A DNA stretch of 64,000 nt from Macrostomum lignano. Taxonomy: Eukaryota. Each line of letters starts with the position of its first letter. The first letter of the stretch is position 1. Location of the stretch: contig NIVC01001863.1 of NCBI GenBank assembly GCA_002269645.1, forward strand, positions 62,001 through 126,000, read 5' to 3'. This document shows, piece by piece, positions 1 to 12,600 of this stretch. A program made the translations under genes and the position numbers. Below the pieces are notes generated by a model. The model had not been told where the DNA came from. It was given only the letters and a program-made list of their open reading frames with translations, and ran no database searches.

Positions 1-270
1 GAATTAGGCCGTAATGGCCAGGGTAATCATTATTTTATTATTCCCAAGGTGGATTGACACCTGACTGCGTTCGCACCCCAACCCCTGACTTCCAGGGTGA
101 ACAAGCCGGTCGAGCAGCTGCTGCAATTTCACCGGGCCTTCAACTGCAGTCTGTAGCCGCTGTGCTCTGAGCTCTGGGGGATCTCGCTGCAATGGCAACG
201 AATGAAAACTATGTGGGACATTGGCAGTGCCCTGTGTTTCAGGCATTTTCTTGATTTCATTGGGTTTTAC

Positions 271-1166
271 TGAGGCCAGATTGGAGCTAGACTGTGCCAG
301 GTTGAGGCTAGACTGCCAGGTTGAGGCTAGACTGTGTCAGGTTGAGGCTAGACTGTGTCAGGTTGAGGCTAGACTGTGTCAGGTTGAGGCTAGACCGTCA
401 GTTTGAGGCTAGACTGTCAGTTTGAGGCTAGACTGTGTCAGGTTGAGGCTAGACTGTCAGTTTGAGGCTAGACTGTCAGTTTGAGGCTAGACTGTGCCAG
501 GTTGAGGCTAGACTGTCAGTTTGAGGCTAGACTGTGTCAGGTTGAGGCTAGACTGTGTCAGGTTGAGGCTAGACCGTCAGTTTGAGGCTAGACTGTCAGG
601 TTGAGGCTAGACTGTGTCAGGTTGAGGCTAGACTGTGCCAGGTTGAGGCTAGACTGTGTCAGGTTGAGGCTAGACTGTGTCAGTTTGAGGCTAGACTGTG
701 TCAGGTTGAGGCTAGACTGTGTCAGGTTGAGGCTAGACTGTGTCAGGTTGGGGCTAGACTGTGTCAGGTTGGGGCTAGACTGTGTCAGTTTGAGGCTAGA
801 CTGTGTCAGGTTGGGGCTAGACTGTGTCAGTTTGAGGCTAGACTGTGTCAGGTTGGGGCTAGACTGTGTCAGGTTGAGGCTAGACTGTGTCAGGTTGAGG
901 CTAGACTGTGTCAGGTTGGGGCTAGACTGTGCCAGGTTGGGGCTAGACTGTGCCAGGTTGGGGCTAGACTGTGCCAGGTTGGGGCTAGACTGTGCCAGGT
1001 TGGGGCTAGACTGTGCCAGGTTGGGGCTAGACTGTGTCAGGTTGAGGCTAGACTGTGTCAGGTTGGGGCTAGACTGTGTCAGGTTGGGGCTAGACTGTGT
1101 CAGGTTGGGGCTAGACTGTGTCAGGTTGAGGCTAGACTGTGTCAGGTTGGGGCTAGACTGTGTCAG
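271..1166. repeat. 21-bp minisatellite GTTGAGGCTAGACTGTGTCAG (19-bp and GGGG variants)
   Basis: Tandem unit read directly; produces the CQVEARL/VRLRLDC ORFs. Confidence 0.97.
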
Positions 1167-1447
1167 AACTAATTGCCCACTTTGCTTGTCCAGCGCAGAC
1201 AGACTGCAGCAAATACAATGCGCACTCGAGTCAGTCATAAACTTTTTATGACTCAAACATGAACTAACTTGACAACCTCCGACTTCATAAATAATTCCAA
1301 ATTTAATTTGTGTAAACACTCTATTTATGTATCAAATAAGCTTGTTTGTGTTTTCGTGTTGCATGTCATCAACTGGGAAATTTCAACTTGGCCGTCTGTC
1401 ATCAATAATGGGGAGGGGGTTGGCGGGGGCCGATTATTATCGAGCTC

Positions 1448-1707
1448 GGTTGCGCAACCGGCCGAAATCCTCAGTTCTAAATTGCTCTCGGTGTATAAGC
1501 ATCAAAAAAATAATAGAACTGACTGCCCATGGTGGGGGTGACAAATGATCTGGGGGTGGTAATGGAGGTTGCGCAACCAGCCGGACCCCTGGGGTGCAGC
1601 GGGAATGAGGAAAACTGATAAGAAATGAAATATGCGACCCGCACCCCCGTTTCAACGGTTGGTTCCACGGCGAGAGTGGCTGACTCGGGCTGGGGGGTTG
1701 TGCAACC
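1448..1707. promoter_or_regulatory. Three GGTTG(C/T)GCAACC palindromes (C/EBP-like TTGCGCAA core)
   Basis: Copies at 1448-1459, 1567-1578 and 1696-1707 (one mismatch). Function is inferred only. Confidence 0.25.
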
Positions 1708-1858
1708 GGGGGCGGCTCGCTTTGCTGAATGGCCACGAGAGTCCGTGGGGATGCCACAGGGCAGGCAGCAACTGCTGACAGCATTTAGAAAATACAAACT
1801 GATGCTGTTTGATGGGGCAGAGATAGTGAAATTCGATAGGTGTCAAACTGCTCTGCAG

Positions 1859-2082
<224 letters not shown>

Positions 2083-2824
2083 CACCCTATAGACTGCAGC
2101 TACTGCCCACAGCAGTAGTGTGTACCGAATCTGCACAGAATCATTCCAAGCCGCTCCGCATTCAAGCCAAAAGCCGAACAGAGAAATCCCTCATTTCCTT
2201 AAATTTCTAGGCCCGATGCTGGGAGCCCCACTCCAGCCTGCGGGCAGTGGCGGCCCTTTTTTAATAGACCTCCCATTCCCCAATTCTCCCAGCCCGGATC
2301 TGCCTTCACGCCCCAATCCTCGCCCGCTTTTCGCCTCTCCCAGCCCAGCCGCTCCCATTTTATCCCGGGGATTCGCAACAGGAGAAAAAGCGAGTCGGCC
2401 CCAGAGAGAGGAGGCGGGTGGCGGCGGCTCCTGTCCGTCTGCAGTGTTTTTTCAGACCGGAAAGCCTCGGGCCTGGTGGCACCCCGCCTCCCCCCCCCTC
2501 GGGGCTAAGCTGACGCTGCGGGGGGCCGGCCATGGGGGGGGGGCTGGCGGGCCGCAGCTGATTGCCGAGACCGGCCGGTGGCTTCACGAGATCCGCTTGG
2601 CAACATTTGGGCAGCAGAGAGGGGAGAGTCCAGCGTGAGAGAGGGGAGGGCATTGAGGAGTTGCATGAGTTGGGATGGGAGATTCAGAGAGTGCGAGATT
2701 GGAGATGCAGAGAATGTGAGATGGGAGATGCAGAGAATAGAAAATAGGAGGTGTAGAGACAGGAGATTGGGGAGAAATGGGAGATAAAGACCTTGTTGGT
2801 ATACATGGATGTTTCTCCCGAATT

Positions 2825-3607
2825 GAAAGTGGAGATGTGAGATATGGAGAGTGGAGATGTGAGACATTGAGAGTGGAGATGTGAGACATTGAGAGTGGAG
2901 ATGTGAGACATTGAGAGTGGAGATGTGAGACATTGATAGTGGAGATGTGAGACATTGAGAGTGGAGATGTGAGACATTGAGAGTGGAGATGTGAGATATG
3001 GAGAGTGGAGATGTGAGACATTGATAGTGGAGATGTGAGACATTGAGAGTGGAGATGTGAGACATTGAGAGTGGAGATGTGAGACATTGATAGTGGAGAT
3101 GTGAGACATTGAGAGTGGAGATGTGAGACATTGAGAGTGGAGATGTGAGACATTGAGAGTGGAGATGTGAGACATTGAGAGTGGTGATGTGAGACATTGA
3201 TAGTGGAGATGTGAGACATTGAGAGTGGAGATGTGAGACATTGAGAGTGGAGATGTGAGACATTGAGAGTGGAGATGTGAGACATTGAGAGTGGAGATGT
3301 GAGACATTGATAGTGGAGATGTGAGACATTGAGAGTGGAGATGTGAGACATTGAGAGTGGAGATGTGAGACATTGAGAGTGGAGATGTGAGACATTGAGA
3401 GTGGAGATGTGAGAAATGGAGAGTGGAGATGTGAGACATGGAGAGTGGAGATGTGAGACATGGAGAGTGAAGATGTGAGACATGGAGAGTGGAGATGTGA
3501 GACATGGAGAGTGGAGATGTGAGACATGGAGAGTGAAGATGTGAGACATGGAGAGTGGAGATGTGAGACATGGAGAGTGGAGATGTGAGACATGGAGAGT
3601 GGAGATC
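2825..3607. repeat. 22-bp minisatellite GAGAGTGGAGATGTGAGACATT
   Basis: Period 22 (GGAGATGTGA at 2831 and 2853); degenerate copies extend upstream to ~2660. Confidence 0.97.
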
Positions 3608-4927
3608 TGATATTAGGCGGCAAACAGAAACAACGAAGTGCATGTGTTACAGTTGGTTGGGTCTCACAATGGAGAATGGCGGCAATCCCTGGTGGAGTCA
3701 GTGTCAGCCCAGGCTCTCACAGAGCTGCAGAGGCTCGAAGGCAGAATGCAGCAAGCGGGTGCAGCCAGAAATCGGACACCCAGTGCAGCACAGCGAGCGG
3801 AAAGTGTAGCGGCTGCAGAAGCAGCAGCGCAGAGGCGGGCAGGCGAATTTCGAGCTATTCGGCTGCAGACCTCCGCCCGCCCTCTCCGCCCCCGAACCCC
3901 ACCACAGAATTTTTTCGAAAGGCCGGCTGGCCGGGGCAACGGCGGCTCGGGCTCGGTGCCCGGTTTCACTTATTCATTATGCAAACAATCAACACGGCGT
4001 GGAACAAAGCCGCTCCTGCCACCCGGCCTCTCCGGTGTCCCCCTCCCCGATTATAATATTTAATTTATTTGCCTTCCACCCCAGGTCTGTTGCGCTCCAG
4101 TTGCTTCGAGCTGCGGTTTTCCTCAAGCTTCTCAAGACTCGGCTCATCAATAGCGGGAGGTCAGTCAACAAGATGTCGCTGCTTACACAGACAGATTTAT
4201 ATCGAGAGATCCCGAGCTGCTTGTTTGGGATCGGGTTCGATCACAGGGGAGAACTGATGTGCCGTCATTCCCACCCCCTCTCCTCCCCGGCTCTCCTATT
4301 CAATCAATGTCACGTCCCCGCCCCGCCCACGGGCCAAGCCTTCATTTCCTCCTATCACTTCCCCGGCTAGCCTGCTAGCCCGGCTAACATGCCACGGGGG
4401 GGGGGGGGGCAGGTGCTGGGCTGGGACTCTACGCGGGTCGCTAAAACAGTGCATAGAAGTGGCATTATTGGCATGAATGCTAACCGTATGCGCCAATGCA
4501 TGTCAACGCAGGGCCTCCGCACCGTGCAAATCAATTCAACACAGCTCATGCCGTGCCTGTTTTTTATAACAATGAAAGCAGATGCAAAACGCTTGGCTAG
4601 GAGCAGGGCCTGTCTGTCTCTCTCTACTCTATGAGTGTCTCTGTGAGGCGTGGCCTCTTCTGCCGTCTGCAGCATCATACGACACGCGACTCCCCACCGC
4701 ACAGTCCTCTCTGATACTGCATGAGGGAGGAGAGTGGCAGGGAATTGGGAATATTCAGAGACAGATGCCGATAAAAGTGGGGGAGGTTGAGATGAGGAAG
4801 AGTGCAGTATAATAGTCAGTGAGAGTTGGAGTTGGGGAAACGCACAGGGTTTTATAAAGGATTAGGAAGAGTCAGGGAGAGTCAGATAAAGTCAATGAAA
4901 ATTAGAGGGACTCCGATAAAGCACAAG

Positions 4928-5889
4928 GAGTCAGAGACAGTCAGAGACAGTCAGAGACAGTCAGAGACAGTCAGAGACAGTCAGAGACAGAGACAGTGAG
5001 AGACAGTCAGAGACAGCCAGAGACAGTCAGAGACAGTCAGAGCCAGTCAGAGACAGTCAGAGACAGCCAGAGACAGTCAGAGACAGCCAGAGTCAGAGAC
5101 AGTCAGAGACAGTCAGAGACAGTCAGAGACAGCCAGAGTCAGAGACAGTCAGAGACAGTCAGAGACAGTCAGAGACAGTCAGAGACAGCCAGAGACAGTC
5201 AGAGACAGCCAGAGTCAGAGACAGTGAGAGACAGTCAGAGACAGTCAGAGACAGTCAGAGACAGCCAGAGACAGTCAGAGACAGTCAGAGACAGTCAGAG
5301 ACAGCCAGAGACAGTCAGAGACAGTCAGAGACAGTCAGAGACAGTCAGAGACAGTCAGAGACAGTCAGAGACAGTCAGAGACAGTCAGAGACAGTCAGAG
5401 ACAGTCAGAGACAGTCAGAGACAGCCAGAGTCAGAGACAGTCAGAGACAGTCAGAGACAGCCAGAGTCAGAGACAGTCAGAGACAGTCAGGGACAGCCAG
5501 AGTCAGAGACAGTCAGAGACAGCCAGAGTCAGAGACAGTCAGAGACAGTCAGAGACAGCCAGAATCAGAGACAGTCAGAGACAGTCAGGGACAGCCAGAG
5601 TCAGAGACAGTCAGAGACAGCCAGAGTCAGAGACAGTCAGAGACAGTCAGAGACAGCCAGAGTCAGAGACAATCAGAGACAGCCAGAGTCAGAGACAGTC
5701 AGAGACAGTCAGAGACAGTCAGAGACAGCCAGAGTCAGAGACAGTCAGAGACAGTCAGAGACAGCCAGAGTCAGAGACAGTCAGAGACAGCCAGAGTCAG
5801 AGACAGTCAGAGACAGTCAGAGACAGTCAGAGACAGTCAGAGACAGTCAGAGACAGTCAGAGACAGTCAGACAGTCAGAGACAGTCAGA
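4928..5889. repeat. 10-bp minisatellite CAGAGACAGT with 16-bp CAGAGACAGCCAGAGT variants
   Basis: Tandem units read directly; source of the RDSQRQSETV ORF. Confidence 0.97.
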
Positions 5890-6662
5890 AGACAAACAGT
5901 CACAAAGAACAATTGAGACAGACGGGCAAACCAGAGACAAAGGACTGTCAGCCCCTGCCCCGGAAACCAGCCTGAAAAGCGCCGGGCAAAGTTTCATGGC
6001 TGAAGCATTCGTATCCAGGTAGCAGCAGTACCACGCGGTGCAAGGAGACTGCCTGTCCGTCTGTCTGCCTGGCTGGCTGGCAAAATGGGCCTTTGAAATC
6101 GGTGGGGGGCGGTTTGAGGATGCAGATCGGAGGGGGGCAGATAGGATGATGGAGCCGACTGCATGGAGAAAGAGGGGAGGAAGGGAGGTGGGGGGGGGGG
6201 TAACTCAGTGAGAGGGAAGCCCAGGGAGCCAGTCTAGCACGTAACTCCCGCGGCGAGAGAAGGGCGAGAGGAGGGCGGGCGGGCAGGCGAGTCGGACCTC
6301 AAAGCCCGCGGAAACCCGAGCCCTGGGACCCCTCACCAATCATTCACGCTTAATCAATAGCTCCCATTAGACGGGGCTTGGGCCAGGCTCCTTTGCGCCT
6401 CATCATTCCCCAGCCCGCCCTATTATACAGCAGCTCGGATTTGAAGCTTTTGGCCAATTTCCTTTGTATTCCCCGCACTGCAAATGCTTCCCAGCTTGGC
6501 CAATTTTTTCAAATCCCATTTTGCCTGGCTGTTCGATTCGCAGTTCTCAGGCCGCGTGGTTATTGTGAGTTGCTTTTATTATCCCAAACTTCTCCAATAT
6601 ACAGATTTGATTCCTAGTTACATTGCGAAACCAGACATCATTCAAAGAAATATGGGATCAGT

Positions 6663-9600
6663 GAATCTGGGATCTGCAGGGAATCTGGGATCTGCAGGGA
6701 ATCTGGGATCTGCAGGGAATCTGGGATCTGCAGGGAATCTGGGATCTGCAGGGAATCTGGGATCTGCAGGGAATCTGGAATCTGCAGGGAATCTGGGATC
6801 TGCAGGGAATCTGGGATCTGCAGGGAATCTGGAATCTGCAGGGAATCTGGAATCTGCAGGGAATCTGGAATCTGCAGGGAATCAGGGATCTGCAGGGAAT
6901 CTGGAATCTGCAGGGAATCTGGGATCTGCAGGGAATCTGGGATCTGCAGGGAATCTGGGATCTGCAGGGAATCTGGGATCTGCAGGGAATCTGGGATCTG
7001 CAGGGAATCTGGAATCTGCAGGGAATCTGAAATCTGCAGGGAATCTGGGATCTGCAGGGAATCTAGAATCTGCAGGGAATCTGGAATCTGCAGGGAATCT
7101 GGAATCTGCAGGGAATCTGGGATCTGCAGGGAATCTGGAATCTGCAGGGAATCTGGGATCTGCAGGGAATCTGGGATCTGCAGGGAATCTGGAATCTGCA
7201 GGGAATCTGGGATCTGCAGGGAATCTGGAATCTGCAGGGAATCTGGAATCTGCAGGGAATCTGGGATCTGCAGGGAATCTGGAATCTGCAGGGAATCTGG
7301 AATCTGCAGGGAATCTGGGATCTGCAGGGAATCTGGAATCTGCAGGGAATCTGGGATCTGCAGGGAATCTGGAATCTGCAGGGAATCTGGAATCTGCAGG
7401 AATTCTGGGATCTGCAGGGAATCTGGAATCTGCAGGGAATCTGGAATCTGCAGGGAATCTGGAATCTGCAGGAATTCTGGGATCTGCAGGGAATCTGGAA
7501 TCTGCAGGGAATCTGGAATCTGCAGGGAATCTGGGATCTGCAGGGAATCTGGGATCTGCAGGGAATCTGGAATCTGCAGGGAATCTGGAATCTGCAGGGA
7601 ATCTGGAATCTGCAGGGAATCTGGAATCTGCAGGGAATCTGGAATCTGCAGGGAATCTGGAATCTGCAGGAATTCTGGGATCTGCAGGGAATCTGGAATC
7701 TGCAGGGAATCTGGAATCTGCAGGGAATCTGGAATCTGCAGGAATTCTGGGATCTGCAGGGAATCTGGAATCTGCAGGGAATCTGGAATCTGCAGGAATT
7801 CTGGGATCTGCAGGGAATCTGGAATCTGCAGGGAATCTGGAATCTGCAGGAATTCTGGGATCTGCAGGGAATCTGGAATCTGCAGGGAATCTGGAATCTG
7901 CAGGAATTCTGGGATCTGCAGGGAATCTGGAATCTGCAGGGAATCTGGAATCTGCAGGAATTCTGGGATCTGCAGGGAATCTGGAATCTGCAGGGAATCT
8001 GGAATCTGCAGGGAATCTGGAATCTGCAGGGAATCTGGAATCTGCAGGGAATCTGGAATCTGCAGGGAATCTGGGATCTGCAGGGAATCTGGGATCTGCA
8101 GGGAATCTGGAATCTGCAGGGAATCTGGAATCTGCAGGGAATCTGGAATCTGCAGGGAATCTGGAATCTGCAGGGAATCTGGAATCTGCAGGGAATCTGG
8201 AATCTGCAGGGAATCTGGAATCTGCAGGAATTCTGGATCTGCAGGGAATCTGGAATCTGCAGGGAATCTGGAATCTGCAGGGAATCTGGGATCTGCAGGG
8301 AATCTGGGATCTGCAGGGAATCTGGAATCTGCAGGGAATCTAGAATCTGCAGGGAATCTGGAATCTGCAGGAATTCTGGGATCTGCAGGGAATCTGGAAT
8401 CTGCAGGGAATCTGGAATCTGCAGGAATTCTGGGATCTGCAGGGAATCTGGAATCTGCAGGGAATCTGGAATCTGCAGGAATTCTGGGATCTGCAGGGAA
8501 TCTGGAATCTGCAGGGAATCTGGAATCTGCAGGGAATCTGGAATCTGCAGGAATTCTGGGATCTGCAGGGAATCTGGAATCTGCAGGGAATCTGGAATCT
8601 GCAGGAATTCTGGGATCTGCAGGGAATCTGGAATCTGCAGGAATTCTGGGATCTGCAGGGAATCTGGAATCTGCAGGGAATCTGGAATCTGCAGGAATTC
8701 TGGGATCTGCAGGGAATCTGGAATCTGCAGGGAATCTGGAATCTGCAGGGAATCTGGAATCTGCAGGGAATCTAGAATCTGCAGGGAATCTGGAATCTGC
8801 AGGGAATCTGGAATCTGCAGGGAATCTGGGATCTGCAGGGAATCTGGAATCTGCAGGGAATCTGGAATCTGCAGGGAATCTGGGATCTGCAGGGAATCTG
8901 AAATCTGCAGGGAATCTGGAATCTGCAGGGAATCTGGAATCTGCAGGGAATCTGGGATCTGCAGGGAATCTGGAATCTGCAGGGAATCTGGAATCTGCAG
9001 GGAATCTGGGATCTGCAGGGAATCTGGAATCTGCAGGGAATCTGGAATCTGCAGGGAATCTGGATCTGCAGGGAATCTGGAATCTGCAGGGAATCTGGGA
9101 TCTGCAGGGAATCTGGAATCTGCAGGGAATCTGGAATCTGCAGGAATTCTGGGATCTGCAGGGAATCTGGAATCTGCAGGGAATCTGGAATCTGCAGGGA
9201 ATCTGGAATCTGCAGGAATTCTGGGATCTGCAGGGAATCTGGAATCTGCAGGGAATCTGGAATCTGCAGGGAATCTGGGATCTGCAGGGAATCTGGGATC
9301 TGCAGGGAATCTGGAATCTGCAGGGAATCTGGAATCTGCAGGGAATCTGGAATCTGCAGGGAATCTGGAATCTGCAGGGAATCTGGAATCTGCAGGGAAT
9401 CTGGAATCTGCAGGGAATCTGGAATCTGCAGGAATTCTGGGATCTGCAGGGAATCTGGAATCTGCAGGGAATCTGGAATCTGCAGGGAATCTGGAATCTG
9501 CAGGAATTCTGGATCTGCAGGGAATCTGGAATCTGCAGGGAATCTGGAATCTGCAGGAATTCTGGGATCTGCAGGGAATCTGGAATCTGCAGGGAATCTG

Positions 9601-12600
9601 GAATCTGCAGGAATTCTGGGATCTGCAGGGAATCTGGAATCTGCAGGGAATCTGGAATCTGCAGGAATTCTGGATCTGCAGGGAATCTGGAATCTGCAGG
9701 GAATCTGGGATCTGCAGGGAATCTGGAATCTGCAGGAATTCTGGATCTGCAGGGAATCTGGAATCTGCAGGGAATCTGGAATCTGCAGGGAATCTGGATC
9801 TGCAGGGAATCTGGATCTGCAGGGAATCTGGAATCTGCAGGGAATCTGGAATCTGCAGGGAATCTGGAATCTGCAGGAATTCTGGGATCTGCAGGGAATC
9901 TGGAATCTGCAGGGAATCTGGAATCTGCAGGAATTCTGGGATCTGCAGGGAATCTGGAATCTGCAGGGAATCTGGAATCTGCAGGAATTCTGGGATCTGC
10001 AGGGAATCTGGAATCTGCAGGGAATCTGGAATCTGCAGGGAATCTGGAATCTGCAGGAATTCTGGGATCTGCAGGGAATCTGGAATCTGCAGGGAATCTG
10101 GAATCTGCAGGAATTCTGGGATCTGCAGGGAATCTGGAATCTGCAGGAATTCTGGGATCTGCAAGGAATCTGGAATCTGCAGGGAATCTGGAATCTGCAG
10201 GAATTCTGGGATCTGCAGGGAATCTGGAATCTGCAGGGAATCTGGAATCTGCAGGGAATCTGGAATCTGCAGGGAATCTGGAATCTGCAGGGAATCTGGA
10301 ATCTGCAGGGAATCTGGAATCTGCAGGAATTCTGGGATCTGCAGGGAATCTGGAATCTGCAGGGAATCTGGAATCTGCAGGGAATCTGGGATCTGCAGGG
10401 AATCTGGGATCTGCAGGGAATCTGGAATCTGCAGGGAATCTGGAATCTGCAGGGAATCTGGAATCTGCAGGGAATCTGGAATCTGCAGGGAATCTGGAAT
10501 CTGCAGGGAATCTGGAATCTGCAGGGAATCTGGAATCTGCAGGAATTCTGGGATCTGCAGGGAATCTGGAATCTGCAGGGAATCTGGAATCTGCAGGGAA
10601 TCTGGAATCTGCAGGAATTCTGGATCTGCAGGGAATCTGGAATCTGCAGGGAATCTGGAATCTGCAGGAATTCTGGATCTGCAGGGAATCTGGAATCTGC
10701 AGGGAATCTGGAATCTGCAGGAATTCTGGGATCTGCAGGGAATCTGGAATCTGCAGGGAATCTGGAATCTGCAGGAATTCTGGATCTGCAGGGAATCTGG
10801 AATCTGCAGGGAATCTGGGATCTGCAGGGAATCTGGAATCTGCAGGAATTCTGGATCTGCAGGGAATCTGGAATCTGCAGGGAATCTGGAATCTGCAGGG
10901 AATCTGGGATCTGCAGGGAATCTGGATCTGCAGGGAATCTGGAATCTGCAGGGAATCTGGAATCTGCAGGGAATCTGGAATCTGCAGGAATTCTGGGATC
11001 TGCAGGGAATCTGGAATCTGCAGGGAATCTGGAATCTGCAGGAATTCTGGATCTGCAGGGAATCTGGAATCTGCAGGGAATCTGGAATCTGCAGGAATTC
11101 TGGATCTGCAGGGAATCTGGAATCTGCAGGGAATCTGGAATCTGCAGGGAATCTGGAATCTGCAGGAATTCTGGGATCTGCAGGGAATCTGGAATCTGCA
11201 GGGAATCTGGAATCTGCAGGAATTCTGGGATCTGCAGGGAATCTGGAATCTGCAGGAATTCTGGGATCTGCAAGGAATCTGGAATCTGCAGGGAATCTGG
11301 AATCTGCAGGAATTCTGGGATCTGCAGGGAATCTGGAATCTGCAGGGAATCTGGAATCTGCAGGGAATCTGGAATCTGCAGGGAATCTGGAATCTGCAGG
11401 AATTCTGGGATCTGCAGGGAATCTGGAATCTGCAGGGAATCTGGAATCTGCAGGGAATCTGGAATCTGCAGGAATTCTGGATCTGCAGGGAATCTGGAAT
11501 CTGCAGGGAATCTGGAATCTGCAGGAATTCTGGGATCTGCAGGGAATCTGGAATCTGCAGGGAATCTGGAATCTGCAGGAATTCTGGATCTGCAGGGAAT
11601 CTGGAATCTGCAGGAATTCTGGATCTGCAGGGAATCTGGAATCTGCAGGGAATCTGGAATCTGCAGGAATTCTGGGATCTGCAGGGAATCTGGAATCTGC
11701 AGGAATTCTGGGATCTGCAGGGAATCTGGAATCTGCAGGGAATCTGGAATCTGCAGGAATTCTGGATCTGCAGGGAATCTGAAATCTGCAGGGAATCTGG
11801 AATCTGCAGGGAATCTGGAATCTGCAGGGAATCTGGAATCTGCAGGAATTCTGGAATCTGCAGGGAATCTGGAATCTGCAGGGAATCTGGGATCTGCAGG
11901 GAATCTGGAATCTGCAGGGAATCTGGAATCTGCAGGAATTCTGGGATCTGCAGGGAATCTGGAATCTGCAGGGAATCTGGAATCTGCAGGAATTCTGGGA
12001 TCTGCAGGGAATCTGGAATCTGGAATCTGCAGGAATTCTGGGATCTGCAGGGAATCTGGAATCTGGAATCTGCAGGAATTCTGGGATCTGCAGGGAATCT
12101 GGAATCTGCAGGGAATCTGGAATCTGCAGGAATTCTGGGATCTGCAGGGAATCTGGAATCTGGAATCTGCAGGAATTCTGGGATCTGCAGGGAATCTGGA
12201 ATCTGCAGGGAATCTGGAATCTGCAGGAATTCTGGGATCTGCAGGGAATCTGGAATCTGCAGGAATTCTGGGATCTGCAGGGAATCTGGAATCTGCAGGG
12301 AATCTGGAATCTGCAGGAATTCTGGGATCTGCAGGGAATCTGGAATCTGCAGGGAATCTGGAATCTGCAGGGAATCTGGAATCTGCAGGGAATCTGGAAT
12401 CTGCAGGAATTCTGGATCTGCAGGGAATCTGGAATCTGCAGGGAATCTGGAATCTGCAGGGAATCTGGAATCTGCAGGGAATCTGGAATCTGCAGGGAAT
12501 CTGGAATCTGCAGGGAATCTGGAATCTGCAGGGAATCTGGAATCTGCAGGGAATCTGGGATCTGCAGGGAATCTGGAATCTGCAGGGAATCTGGAATCTG

